DNA from: a bacterium
GTDB taxonomy: Bacteria; UBA8248
Direction: 5' to 3'
Length of the DNA: 64,000 bases
NCBI GenBank assembly: GCA_965213685.1
Contig: CBDBZY010000058.1
Coordinates: 1 to 64,000, forward strand
The position numbers were made by a program, and so were the translations under genes. Positions 11,687 through 22,259 of this stretch are shown piece after piece. The notes below the pieces were generated by a model. That model worked only from the letters and a program-made list of their open reading frames with translations. It had not been told where the DNA came from and ran no database searches. Each line of letters opens with the position of its first letter. Position 1 is the stretch's first letter.

Positions 11687-13909
11687 TTGCTGCCCCGCTC
11701 CCGACCCGGAAAAATCATTCTCCTCGCCCTGGGCATTCTCGCCGTCACGTGCGGAGCGGGCATCGGGGCGGGCATCAGCTATCTGTATGATTTTCCCGAA
11801 CTCGAGCGCCTGCAAAACTACAGGCCCAACACCATCACGCGCGTCTACGCCCGCGGGGGCGAGCTGCTTGCGGAATGGTACCAGGAGAGAAGAAAACCCA
11901 TCCCCCTGAGCCGAATCCCCGTCACGCTGCGCCAGGCGTTTCTCGCGATAGAAGACAGCCGCTTCTACAACCACCCGGGCGTCAGCTATCCCGACATCTT
12001 GCGGGCGTTCACCAAAAACCTGCGCGCGGGCCAGTTCGTCCAGGGAGGAAGCACCATCACCCAGCAGCTGGCGAAGGTGCTCTTCCTGACGCCGGAGAGG
12101 ACGCTCCGGCGAAAAATCCGCGAAGCGCTTCTCGCTCTGGAGATGGAGCAGCGCTTCACCAAAGACGAGATTCTCGAATTCTACCTGAACCAGATATATC
12201 TCGGCAGCGGGGCGCATGGAGTCCAGGCGGCCGCTCAAATCTATTTCGGAAAAACGGTCGCCCAACTCACCCTGGCGGAATCCGCCATGATCGCCGGATT
12301 GCCCAAGGCGCCCACCCGGTTCAATCCGAGAATCCGCCCGGAAAAAGGGCTGCGGCGACGCAACCTGGTGCTCCGGCGCATGCGGATAGCCGGCTTCATC
12401 ACGGCGGCACAAGAGCAAAACGCCCGCAAGGAACCGCTCCAGCTCGCTCCCCGCGCGGCGAACCTCGTCCCCGAGGCCGCCTATTTCATCGAAAAGGCGC
12501 GCATCGGCCTCGGCCGCAGGTTCGGGCCGGCACTTTACAGGAGCGGCCTGCAGATTCAGACGACGGTTGACATCGGCTTGCAGAAAGTCGCCCACCAGGC
12601 GCTCCTCGACGGCGTGAGAAGAATCAACGAAAGGCGCGAGTTCCGAAGCCCGGGAGCGAAAATCCGGAGGCCGCCCCGCCTGGGGGACGGGTTCCAGTTT
12701 CACGTCCTCGACATCAAGGACAACCTGGTGAACGGGATGATCGGAGACTACGAGGCCGAGATGCGGCTCCCCAAACACATCGCCCCGCAAAGGCTCCGGG
12801 CGGGAGACCTCCTCCTCGGGCGCGTGACCGGGGCGGACCGCGCGCTCAGGAAACTGTCCCTGGAGTGGCAGGAAACCGTCCAGGGCGCCATCGTCGCGTT
12901 CGACCCCAAGACCGGCGCGCTCCGCGCCATGGTGGGCGGCACGAACTTCCGCCGCTTCCCCTTCAACCGCGCGACCCAGGCGCACCGCCAGCCCGGCTCG
13001 GCCTTCAAGCCCATCATCATGGGGACGGCGCTGTCCCAGGGCTACACGCCTGTCGACATTCTCATGGACACCCCCTTCGTCCGCCGGATGCCCGGCACGC
13101 CCAGGGACTGGAAGCCCAGGAATTACACCAACAAATTCTATGGGCCCGTCACCATGCGGAGGGCCATCGAGGGGTCGCTGAACCTGGCCACCATCAAATT
13201 GCTGGACCAGCTGGGCCCGCAAAAGGCCATCGCCTTCTCGCGCAGGATCGGCATTCGCTCGGAGATGCACCCCTACCTCTCCCTGGCGCTCGGCTCGCTT
13301 GAGGTGACGCCCTACCAGTTCACGGCCTCCTACATCCCGTTCGCCGCCCAGGGCATCTACGCGCGACCCTACGAGATCGCCAAAATCACCGACGGGAGCA
13401 ACCGGATACTCGAGGAAAGCGTCCCCACGACGCACCTCGCCATCGCGCCCGAAACGGCGTATCAGCTCCAGATGCTACTGCGCGGCGTGGTCACGAACGG
13501 CACCGGGAAAAAGGCCGCGCGGATCGGCGCGTTTCTGGCCGGAAAAACGGGCACGACGAACGAGTACAGGGACGCCTGGTTCATCGGCTTCTCGGAGGAT
13601 CTCGTCGTGGGCGTCTGGGTCGGACGCGACGACAACAAGCACATGGGCTATCGGGCCTCGGGCGGGGTCGCGGCCCTGCCCATCTGGATCGACGTGATGA
13701 AGGGATGGCTCCGGGGCAAGAAGCCGGGCGTTCGCCGCCCCGCGCCGCCGCCGGGCGTCACCCTGATGAAGGTGGATTCGCGCTCCGGCCACCTGCCCTC
13801 GGCGTGGTGCGAGGGGAAGCCGATATGGGAGGCGTTCCGGGAGGGGACGGAGCCCTCCGAGCCCTGCCCCCCGAAATCAAGCCTGCCGGGGATTCTCAAC
13901 GGCGGTTGA
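11687..13909 (+). CDS. mrcA: Penicillin-binding protein 1A (transglycosylase/transpeptidase)
   Basis: N-terminal TM; EDSRFYNH, GGSTITQQLAK, RKIRE, YLNQIYLG; SAFK, SLN and KTGT transpeptidase motifs; TTG start after AAAGAGG. Confidence 0.9.
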   Translation: MLPRSRPGKIILLALGILAVTCGAGIGAGISYLYDFPELERLQNYRPNTITRVYARGGELLAEWYQERRKPIPLSRIPVTLRQAFLAIEDSRFYNHPGVSYPDILRAFTKNLRAGQFVQGGSTITQQLAKVLFLTPERTLRRKIREALLALEMEQRFTKDEILEFYLNQIYLGSGAHGVQAAAQIYFGKTVAQLTLAESAMIAGLPKAPTRFNPRIRPEKGLRRRNLVLRRMRIAGFITAAQEQNARKEPLQLAPRAANLVPEAAYFIEKARIGLGRRFGPALYRSGLQIQTTVDIGLQKVAHQALLDGVRRINERREFRSPGAKIRRPPRLGDGFQFHVLDIKDNLVNGMIGDYEAEMRLPKHIAPQRLRAGDLLLGRVTGADRALRKLSLEWQETVQGAIVAFDPKTGALRAMVGGTNFRRFPFNRATQAHRQPGSAFKPIIMGTALSQGYTPVDILMDTPFVRRMPGTPRDWKPRNYTNKFYGPVTMRRAIEGSLNLATIKLLDQLGPQKAIAFSRRIGIRSEMHPYLSLALGSLEVTPYQFTASYIPFAAQGIYARPYEIAKITDGSNRILEESVPTTHLAIAPETAYQLQMLLRGVVTNGTGKKAARIGAFLAGKTGTTNEYRDAWFIGFSEDLVVGVWVGRDDNKHMGYRASGGVAALPIWIDVMKGWLRGKKPGVRRPAPPPGVTLMKVDSRSGHLPSAWCEGKPIWEAFREGTEPSEPCPPKSSLPGILNGG

Positions 13910-13919
13910 GGCCCGCCCC

Positions 13920-14952
13920 CTACCCCTCCGAGCGCTGCCCGCTGAAAATCGCCTCGACGAAGGCGTCGGCGTCAAAATCCAGCAGGTCTTCCACCGATTC
14001 GCCCACGCCGACATACCGCACCGGTATGCCGCTCTCATACGTGGCGCCCAGCACCACCCCGCCCTTGGCCGTCCCGTCGAGCTTGGTGAGGACAAGGCCC
14101 GTCACGCCGAGGGCCGGGCCGAACTCCCGCACCTGGGAGAGCGCGTTTTGTCCCGTCGTGGCGTCCAGGACGAGGAGCACGTCATGGGGGGGCCGCGCCG
14201 ATCAGGCGCCCCGCCACGCGACGGAGCTTTTTCAGCTCCTCCATGAGATTCTTCTTCGTATGCAGGCGCCCCGCCGTATCCACGAGCAGGAGGTCGACGC
14301 CGCGCGCCTTCGCCGCCTGCGCGGCGTCATAGACCACGGCGGAGGAGTCCGCCCCCTCCTGGTGGCGGACGATTTCGCACCCGCTGCGCTCCGCCCATAC
14401 CGCCAGCTGCTCGCCGGCCGCTGCGCGAAACGTATCCGCCGCCGCGAGCATGACCTTGTGCTTCTGCGTCGAGAACCGCGACGCGAGCTTCCCCGCCGTC
14501 GTCGTCTTCCCCACGCCGTTGACCCCCACCAGGAACGCGACCCTGGGCGCGCCCGCGGGCGGCTCCCGGGGCGTGAACGCAGGGGGGCGCGCGGGGTGCG
14601 CCAGGAAAGAACGCATGATCTCCCTGACGCGCGCCTTCGGGTCCTCCCCGGCGCCCTCCCCCGCTTTCAGCCTTTCCATCAGCCTCTCGACGACGAGGGG
14701 GCCCAGGTCCGCCATATAGAGCGCCTCCTCCAACGCATCGAGTGCCTCCGCGTCGAGGCGTCCCGCCAGCAGGCCGCCCGCCCGGGCGAGGAAGCCGCCT
14801 CGCGTCCGGGCGAGGCCTGCGCGCAACCTGCCGAACCAGCCCTTGCCGCCGGCAGCCTCCCGCGCATCTTCTTTTTTCCAAAAACCAGGGGACAAGGATG
14901 TTCCCTCCCGCGCGCGCCATGACAAAACCGGGCCCGACTCCCCGCGCGCCAC
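13920..14952 (-). CDS. ftsY: Signal recognition particle receptor FtsY (apparent +1 error in G7 run 14186-14192)
   Basis: [24 protein letters not shown], then [21 protein letters not shown] in the second frame; joined by removing one base. Confidence 0.92.
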
Positions 14953-14993
14953 GTTCCGGGAGAACGCTTCACCCGAGAACGCGGGCGACGCCG

Positions 14994-17900
14994 CTAGGCC
15001 GGCGATTCAGCCACCGCCCGCCCCGCGCCGTTCACCTTCGCCGCGCCTTCGCGATTCAGCTGGACGGAAACGATTTCTGAAACGCCCTTTTCCCGTTGCG
15101 TCACGCCGTAGAGCTGATTCGCGTATGACATGGTCTTCTTGTTGTGGGTGATGATGATGAACTGGCTCCGACCCTCGAGCTCCGCAATCACCTCCCGGAA
15201 GCGCGCGACGTTGGCGTCATCCAGGGTGGCGTCCACCTCATCCAGGATGCAGAACGGACTCGGCCGAACGCTGAACACCGCGAAGAGCAGGGAAAGCGCG
15301 GTGAGCGCCTTCTCCCCGGCGGAGAGGAGCATGATGTTGGAGGGACGCTTGCCCGGCGGCCGCACCTCAATGTCGACGCCCGACTCGAGGGGGTCGTCCG
15401 GATCGAGCAGGTACATGCGCGCCTCGCCCCCCTCGAACAGGCGCCCGAAAATGTCGGCGAAGGCGTTGCCCACCTCATTGAGTGCGGCCAGGAAGCGGGC
15501 CTTCGTCGTCCTGTTCAGCTTGCCGACCGTCGTGTGCAGGTCGGCGATGGAATTCTCCAGGTCCTGCTGCTGCTCCCGCAAGAATGCGTATTCCTGGTTG
15601 ATCTCGTCATACTCCTGCGCGGCCAGGGGGTTCACCTCCCCCATGCGGGAAAGCCTCTGGTTCAGCATCTCCAGGCGATTGCGCATCTCCTGGTAGCGGG
15701 GGAGTTCCTCCCGCCGGCTCCCGGCCGTCTCCTCGAGACGGATCCGGTATTCCGCCTCGGCGGATTCCAGCATGGCTTCCCGGCGGACGCGAAGGGTCGT
15801 CCGCCGCTCGGCCGCCGCGCGCGCGTCGTTCTGCAGGGCGGACGCCCGCCCCCGCGCCTCGCGAATCAGATCGCCCAGCTCCTCGTCGCGCGACTGCGCC
15901 TCCACCAGGGCGCCATGACGGGCGGCGCCCTCGGCCGCAGCACCGGCCTTCGCATCCCGGAGGGCGGCGATTTCCTCCTTGCTTTGCGCGAGGGTTTCCT
16001 GAAACCGCCCCCTTTTCTCCCCCGATTCGCGCTGCTCCCTCTCCCTGCGCATTCTGCGGGCCGCACTCCGGGATATTCCATCCGCAAGCCGCTCCGCCTC
16101 CGCCCGGCCGCCGGCGACCCGTCCGTTGAGATCCGTCAGGGCGACCTTTCTGTCCGTAAGGCGCGCCTCCGCCTCGGAATGCCGCCGGCCGGCGGCGCGC
16201 GCCTTCTCTTCCATCTGCTCTGTGCGGGAGGAGAGCTCCCGAACCGCCTCCTCCGCGCGCAGGCTTTCGTCCCGCGCCGCCCGCTCCTCATCCACGAGGC
16301 GCATCCGCTCCCCGTGCGTCCGCCGCCGCGCGGAGGCGAGCGCGGCCAGCCGCCTTTTCAGCTCCTCGCGCTTGTCCTCCGCCAGGCGGAGGGCGCCCTC
16401 CGCCTCCACGCGCATGACCTCGGCGCGCTGGTTCGCCTGCACCGCACGGTGCCGCTCCCGCTCCGCCCGCTCGAGTTCATCGCCCAGCCTCCGGGAGGTC
16501 GACGTCAACTCCAGGAGCTGCGCTTCGAGTCTTTCGACCTCTCGGCGCATCTCCTCGCGCCTTCTCGAGCGCTCCAGAAATCCCTCGTTGCGCGCCAGGC
16601 CGCCTTCCGCCGCGCCGTTCGCCCGAATGATCTCCCCCTCCAAAGTCACGCAACAGACGCCCTGCGGCCCGTTGCACCACGCCGCTTGCGCGGCGTCGAC
16701 GTCTTCGGTCACCACCACGTTTTCGAGCAGGGACGCCATCAGATGGCGATAGTCCGCGTCGCAGCGGACGAAATCCGCCGCCGCCCCCAGAACGCCCCCT
16801 CCCATGGGGGCGACGGTGGCTGGTCGCACGCTCGTCTCCATCGGCAGCGCCACCCCCCGCCCGGTGCCCGAGGCCACCAGCGCGCGAATCGCCTCCACCG
16901 CATCGCCCGGCGTTTGGACCACCACGCCCAGCAACGCTTCGCCGAGGGCCGCTTCGATGGCTTTTTCGAGCTTCGCGTCCACGCGGATGAGGTCGGACAA
17001 GGACGCCAGCACCCGCGCGCCGCAAGCCCGAAACGCCTCGGGGTCCGCAGCTCCGGTCGCACCGGAGGCGAGGATGCCCTCCAGGGCCGAGAGGGCGGAC
17101 CGCACCTCCATCAAGGATTCTTTCGTCTCGGCCACGGACTTCTCGTGGCGGCGCAACGCTCCGGACGCCTCCGCGCATTCGGAGCCGGCCCGCTCAAGCG
17201 CCCCCCTCGCCTGGCCTTCCGCCGCAACCAGCGATTCCACCCGGCCCCTCGCATCACGCACGCGGGCCTCGGCCGCCTCCAGCTGTCCCTCAAGCCCCCC
17301 TGCGTCGCCGGCCATCTTCTCTGCGGACTCGGCCAGTCCCTCCAGCCTGGATTCGATGGAGACGACCCGCTGGCGCGCCGCGCTCAGGCGCTCCCCCTCC
17401 TTCGCGCCCGCCCGCCTGACCTCGCCGAGCGCGCTCCCCAGTGCGCGCACCTCCTCCCGGGCGGCGGCCAGCTCGGCAGCGCCGGCGTCATGCCCGCGCC
17501 GCGCCAGGTCCGCTTGGGCCGCAAGCGTCTCCAGCGTGGAGGAAAGCGCCGTCCTCTCCCTCTCCAGTGCCGCGGTTTCCGCGTCCAGGGTCCGGATTTC
17601 ATCCGCGCGGCGCCCCTCCTCCGCGTCGAGTTCCACGAGGCGGCTGCCGAACATCTCGACCTGATTCTCCAGGCGCTGGAGGGCGCCCTCCACCTCCACC
17701 GCCCGGCGGCGGGCTTCGGCCAGCGCCTCCGAGCGCTCGGCCAGCAAAATACGCCCCTTTTCCCGCTCCGCTTCCAGGGAGGATATTTGCGCCGCAACCG
17801 CCTGTTCTTCCTCCTTGACGCGCTCATGCGCCTTTTCCACGGGCGCGAGCGCATCCACCAGCCGAAGGTAGTCGAGCATCAGGAGGCTTGCGGAGAGTTC

Positions 17901-18581
17901 GGCGACCTCGGTTCGGTATTCCTTGTGAAACGTCGCCTTTCTCGCCTGGCGGCGCAAGGAGCGCAGGCGCGCTTCTTTCTCGCGCATGACGTCGGCCACG
18001 CGAAGCAGGTTCGCCTGCGCGAGGTCCAGCTTCCGCAACGCCTCGTTGCGCCTGCTCTTGTACTTCATGATGCCGGCGGCCTCTTCAATCAGAAGCCGCC
18101 TGTCCAGGGGCCGCGCGTTGACGAGACTCTCGATCTTGCCCTGCTCCACGATGGAGAAGGTGTCGAGAGAGACGCCGGTGTCGAGAAACAAGTCGACGAT
18201 GTCCTTCAGCCGGCAAGGGTTGCGGTTGATGAGATATTCACTTTCCCCGGAACGATACAACCGGCGGGTGACCGCCACTTCGTCGAAATCCTTGAACGCG
18301 GGCGACGTCACCACGCCCCGGAGGTCGGCGACGCTGATCGAGACTTCCGCCATGCCGAGCTGCTTGCGCTCGGCACTCCCGTTGAAGATCACGTCCTCCA
18401 TCTTCTTCGAGCGCATGTTCCTGGGCGCCTGCTCGCCCAGCACCCAGCGCACGGCGTCGCACACGTTGCTCTTGCCGCAACCGTTGGGCCCGACGACGGC
18501 GGTAAGGCCCTCGCCGATTTCAATCACGGTCTTCTCGACGAAGGATTTGAACCCCTGCATCTCCAAGCGCTGGAATCGCAA
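14994..18581 (-). CDS. smc: Chromosome segregation protein SMC
   Basis: GFKSF, GPNGCGKSN, long coiled coils with hinge, LSAGEK signature, LDEVDA, ITH; TTG start after GAGGTG. Confidence 0.95.
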   Translation of the reverse strand: MRFQRLEMQGFKSFVEKTVIEIGEGLTAVVGPNGCGKSNVCDAVRWVLGEQAPRNMRSKKMEDVIFNGSAERKQLGMAEVSISVADLRGVVTSPAFKDFDEVAVTRRLYRSGESEYLINRNPCRLKDIVDLFLDTGVSLDTFSIVEQGKIESLVNARPLDRRLLIEEAAGIMKYKSRRNEALRKLDLAQANLLRVADVMREKEARLRSLRRQARKATFHKEYRTEVAELSASLLMLDYLRLVDALAPVEKAHERVKEEEQAVAAQISSLEAEREKGRILLAERSEALAEARRRAVEVEGALQRLENQVEMFGSRLVELDAEEGRRADEIRTLDAETAALERERTALSSTLETLAAQADLARRGHDAGAAELAAAREEVRALGSALGEVRRAGAKEGERLSAARQRVVSIESRLEGLAESAEKMAGDAGGLEGQLEAAEARVRDARGRVESLVAAEGQARGALERAGSECAEASGALRRHEKSVAETKESLMEVRSALSALEGILASGATGAADPEAFRACGARVLASLSDLIRVDAKLEKAIEAALGEALLGVVVQTPGDAVEAIRALVASGTGRGVALPMETSVRPATVAPMGGGVLGAAADFVRCDADYRHLMASLLENVVVTEDVDAAQAAWCNGPQGVCCVTLEGEIIRANGAAEGGLARNEGFLERSRRREEMRREVERLEAQLLELTSTSRRLGDELERAERERHRAVQANQRAEVMRVEAEGALRLAEDKREELKRRLAALASARRRTHGERMRLVDEERAARDESLRAEEAVRELSSRTEQMEEKARAAGRRHSEAEARLTDRKVALTDLNGRVAGGRAEAERLADGISRSAARRMRREREQRESGEKRGRFQETLAQSKEEIAALRDAKAGAAAEGAARHGALVEAQSRDEELGDLIREARGRASALQNDARAAAERRTTLRVRREAMLESAEAEYRIRLEETAGSRREELPRYQEMRNRLEMLNQRLSRMGEVNPLAAQEYDEINQEYAFLREQQQDLENSIADLHTTVGKLNRTTKARFLAALNEVGNAFADIFGRLFEGGEARMYLLDPDDPLESGVDIEVRPPGKRPSNIMLLSAGEKALTALSLLFAVFSVRPSPFCILDEVDATLDDANVARFREVIAELEGRSQFIIITHNKKTMSYANQLYGVTQREKGVSEIVSVQLNREGAAKVNGAGRAVAESPA

Positions 18582-18715
18582 ATTCAACACCTCACCGGGC
18601 GGACGTGCCTGATCCTCGCGGGGGGCGGCGCGAAGCGCCGCAAGGGCGGCAGGAATCAACAAGTTGCCAGAATTTCGCGGCGTCCGCAAAGCGAAGGGGC
18701 CGCCCCCACGGCGCG

Positions 18716-19470
18716 CTAGGCTTCCCCGAGCCTGTGAACCGCCTCCCGCGCGGCCGCCTGCTCGGCCTCCTTCTTCGTCGCTCCCCGCCCGTTTCCCCAT
18801 ACCCTGCGAGCGAGACGAACCTCGACCTCGAACTCCTTTTCGTGCTCGGGGCCGCTCTCCCGGACCAGGCGATAGCCGGGCAACTTGTTCCCCTTTTTCT
18901 GCGCCAGGCGCTGCAGGCGGCTTTTGAAATCCTGCGAGAGGGACTCCTCCTCCCGAAGGCCCGGCGTCCAGAGCCATGATTCCGCCCATTGTGCGCAGCG
19001 GTCATAGCCGGCGTCGAGATATATGGCGCCGACGAGCGCCTCGAGGGCGCCCGCCTCGATGGACGCCTTGCGTCGTCCGCCCGTCTTCTCCTCGCCCTTG
19101 CCCAGGCGCAGAAACTCCCCGAACCCGTGGCGCCGGAAAACGCTCGCCAGAGATCGGCCATTCACCCGCTCGGAGCGCAGGTGGGTCAGCACGCCCTCGT
19201 CATCCGCCGGAAAATCCCTCCAAAGCCTCTCCGTCACGATGAGCTGCAGGACGGCGTCGCCCAAAAACTCCAGGCGTTGGTTGGCTGCGGCGGGAGGCGA
19301 GCTTTCCTGGGAGAACGAGCGGTGCGTGAGCGCCTGAACGAGGAGCTCCTTGCGCGAAAACGAATAGCCGATCCGGGATTCGACTTCATCGAGCGTGAGG
19401 CGCTGCGCGCCGAAGGCGGGAGGCTTTTCCGTTCTCCCGCCGGCGGCGCCGTCCTTGCCGGGCGTATCAG
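18716..19470 (-). CDS. rnc: Ribonuclease III (start codon uncertain)
   Basis: ALTHRS, NQRLEFLGDAVL, EALVGAIYLD, dsRBD DFKSRLQ..GPEHEKEF..KKEAEQAAA. Confidence 0.92.
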
Positions 19471-20747
19471 GCAGCGTCGCTTTCCGCCCTTCGGAAGAGG
19501 AGCGAGGCGTTGGTTCCGCCGAACCCGAACGAGTTTGTGAGGGCAAAGCCGATGTCCGCTTTCCGGGCCGAATTGGGTACGTAGTCAAGATCGCATTCCG
19601 GGTCCGGGGTATCCAGGTTGATGGTGGGAGGGATGCGCTGGTTTTTCAGCGACAATATGGTGAACACCGATTCCACGCCTCCCGCCGCACCCAGAAGATG
19701 CCCGGTCATCGATTTCGTGGAGCTGACGTTGAGCGCATAGGCGTGTTCGCCAAACGTTCTTTTGATGGCCGTCGTTTCGAGCTTGTCTCCCGCGCCCGTG
19801 GAGGTGCCATGCGCGTTGATGTAATCCACGGCCCCGGGCGCGAGCCCCGCGTCGTCCAGCGCCATTTCCATGCAGCGGGCCGCCCCGTCGCCGCTCGGGT
19901 CCGGGGAGGTGATGTGGTGGGCGTCGGAGGTCAGCCCGTAGCCGACGAGCTCGGCGTAAATATTTGCCCCGCGCGCCACGGCGTGCTCGTAACGCTCCAG
20001 GATCATGATGCCCGCCCCCTCCGCCATCACGAACCCGTCCCTGTCGGCGTCAAAGGGGCGACTCGCCCGCTCGGGATCGTCGTTCCGGGTGCTGAGCGCG
20101 CGCATGGCGCAGAACCCGGCCATGGCCAACTCCGTGATGCAGGACTCGCCGCCGCCTGCCACGATAACGTCGGCCACGCCGCGCTGGATGCACTTCATCG
20201 CGTCCCCGATGGCGTGATTGCCGGACGCGCAGGCCGTCACGGTGCAGGTGTTCGGCCCCTTCAGCCCCCAGCGCATCGACACCTGGCCGGCGGCCAGGTT
20301 CGCCAGCAGCATCGGGATGAAGAAGGGGCTGATGCGTATCGGGCCCCTGTTCTCCAGGATGTGGATGTTCGACTCGATGGCGGGCAGGCCGCCCAGGCCC
20401 ACGCCGATGATGGCGCCATACCTCGGGGCCGCATCCTTGTCCGGGGCGTCCAGGCCCGCATCGTCGAAGGCCATCTGCGCGGCCGCGATGACGTACTGGA
20501 TAAACGTATCCATCTTCTTGAGTTCTTTGCGGCTGATGTAGTTCTCGGGCGCAAAGCCCCGGACCTCGCCGCTGATCATCGACGTCAGGCGATTCGAGGC
20601 AAAGCGGGACACCTTGCCGATGCCCGAGCGGCCCTGCATCAAGGCCTCCCAGTTTTCGTCCACCGACAAGCCCAGCGGGGTAAGCAACCCGACGCCCGTG
20701 ACGACGACGCGAACGTCCGACTTCGCTGATAATTCCTGACTGTCCAT
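19467..20747 (-). CDS. fabF: 3-oxoacyl-ACP synthase II
   Basis: RVVVTGVG, TACASG, YINAHGTST, KSMTGHLLGAAG, NSFGFGGTN. Confidence 0.96.
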   Translation of the reverse strand: MDSQELSAKSDVRVVVTGVGLLTPLGLSVDENWEALMQGRSGIGKVSRFASNRLTSMISGEVRGFAPENYISRKELKKMDTFIQYVIAAAQMAFDDAGLDAPDKDAAPRYGAIIGVGLGGLPAIESNIHILENRGPIRISPFFIPMLLANLAAGQVSMRWGLKGPNTCTVTACASGNHAIGDAMKCIQRGVADVIVAGGGESCITELAMAGFCAMRALSTRNDDPERASRPFDADRDGFVMAEGAGIMILERYEHAVARGANIYAELVGYGLTSDAHHITSPDPSGDGAARCMEMALDDAGLAPGAVDYINAHGTSTGAGDKLETTAIKRTFGEHAYALNVSSTKSMTGHLLGAAGGVESVFTILSLKNQRIPPTINLDTPDPECDLDYVPNSARKADIGFALTNSFGFGGTNASLLFRRAESDAA

Positions 20748-20784
20748 GCCACCTCTTCGGTTTGTTAGGCCAGGTGCGGCCTCG

Positions 20785-21033
20785 TCAATCTCCGGATACC
20801 TTGCCGATATAGTCGTACGCATCCTGCACCCTGGAGATTTTCTCCGCTTCCTCATCCGGTATCTCCAGGCCGAATTTCTCCTCAAAAGCCATCACCAGCT
20901 CTACGGTATCCAGCGAGTCCGCTCCCAGATCATCGGTGAACGAAGCCTCGGGCACCACCTTGCCAGGCTCCACGCTCAACTGCTCCACGATGATCTCCCT
21001 GATCTGTTCCTTGATTTTTTCTGTATCCGTCAC
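20785..21033 (-). CDS. acpP: Acyl carrier protein
   Basis: [18 protein letters not shown] phosphopantetheine motif; GTG start after GGAGGA. Confidence 0.96.
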   Translation of the reverse strand: MTDTEKIKEQIREIIVEQLSVEPGKVVPEASFTDDLGADSLDTVELVMAFEEKFGLEIPDEEAEKISRVQDAYDYIGKVSGD

Positions 21034-21212
21034 GCCGCTTCCTCCGAAAATCCTTCTCTCAAATCGGTATCGAGTCGTCCCCTCGCCAACAGCCTGGATG
21101 CAACGCTCCTTGCGCCGCACCCGGGCGTTCATCCCGAACGCCATCCACCCCGCTCCCTGGCACGTCCGGGCGATGTCCGCCTTTCGGCGGCCATCATACA
21201 CGGACATGAAAT

Positions 21213-22151
21213 TCAGGCGAACTCACCCAGGGCCAAAGCCGTTTTTTCGAGACTCCGCGCATCTTCCACATTGTGCACCGGCACGCGCCTCAATATCCGC
21301 TTGTTCAATCCGGAGAGGACTTTTCCGGGACCCAGCTCGACCGCAACGTCGGGATTCTCCTCGCCCGCCGCGCACACGGCGTCCTCCCAGCGCACCGAAG
21401 AGCGAATCTGCCGCTTGAGCAGCTCCTTCACCTCTCCGCCCTTCCGCACGGGCCGCGCCGTCACGTTGGCGTAGACGGGAATCGCGGGCTCGGAGATATC
21501 CGCCTCGTCGAGCACCTCGCCCATGCGCTTCGCCGCCTCGCGCAGCAAAGAGCAATGAAAGGGCGCTCCCACCGGAAGCATGACCACCTTGCGCGCGCCC
21601 CTGTCCTTCGCCAGGCGCGCGGCGGATTCCACCGCCCTCCTCTCTCCCGAGAGAACATATTGGCCGGGGGCATTGTAATTTGCAACTTCCACCACGCCTT
21701 CGGTTTCCCCGCAGATGGCCTCGGCCGCCTCTCTTCCTATGCCGAGCAGCGCCGCCATGGCGCCGCCCCGCTCGGGCACGGCCTCATGCATGAACTGGCC
21801 CCTTTTCTTCACCAGCTCGATGGAGGTCCGAAAATCAATGGCCCCGGCCGCCAGCAAGGCGGAATACTCGCCCAGGCTGTGCCCCAGGGCGAGGGCGGGC
21901 CGGAAGCCGCGCTCGCAGAGCAGCGCGCAGGCGACATAGCTGTGAACCAGAATCGCGGGCTGGGTGTTGCAGGTGAGCGTCAGCTCCGACCTGGGGCCCT
22001 CGAAGCTGAGCTTGGCGAGGTCCCACCCCAGAATGTCGCTCGCCTGCTGATAGGCTTCCCGCGCGAGGGGAAACGCCTCGTAGAATTCCTTCCCCATGCC
22101 GACGTACTGCGAACCCTGGCCCGGAAACAAAAACGCAATCTTCGCACCCAT
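21213..22151 (-). CDS. fabD: Malonyl-CoA-ACP transacylase
   Basis: FPGQGSQ, TQPAI, GHSLGEY, APFHC. Confidence 0.96.
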   Translation of the reverse strand: MGAKIAFLFPGQGSQYVGMGKEFYEAFPLAREAYQQASDILGWDLAKLSFEGPRSELTLTCNTQPAILVHSYVACALLCERGFRPALALGHSLGEYSALLAAGAIDFRTSIELVKKRGQFMHEAVPERGGAMAALLGIGREAAEAICGETEGVVEVANYNAPGQYVLSGERRAVESAARLAKDRGARKVVMLPVGAPFHCSLLREAAKRMGEVLDEADISEPAIPVYANVTARPVRKGGEVKELLKRQIRSSVRWEDAVCAAGEENPDVAVELGPGKVLSGLNKRILRRVPVHNVEDARSLEKTALALGEFA

Positions 22152-22259
22152 CTTCCAACCCTTACGCTATGGACATGGACGGCAAAATCGTAATCTATGG
22201 GTCTGGCGGACAAAACGAGGGCGGGAGAAAAAGCGGAATCATACCGGACATACCTGTCA

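Noticed and set aside
1291-14952. lolC/E, lysS and ftsY as pseudogenes
   Set aside because: These genes are normally essential, all motifs are intact and each break is one extra base in a homopolymer, so sequencing error is more likely
6807-18719. Very long antisense or alternative-frame ORFs (e.g. 6807-9449, 15144-18719; likewise 47507-49741 and the 5' part of 41995-45021)
   Set aside because: Shadow frames of GC-rich genes on the opposite strand; Arg/Pro/Gly-biased, with no motifs
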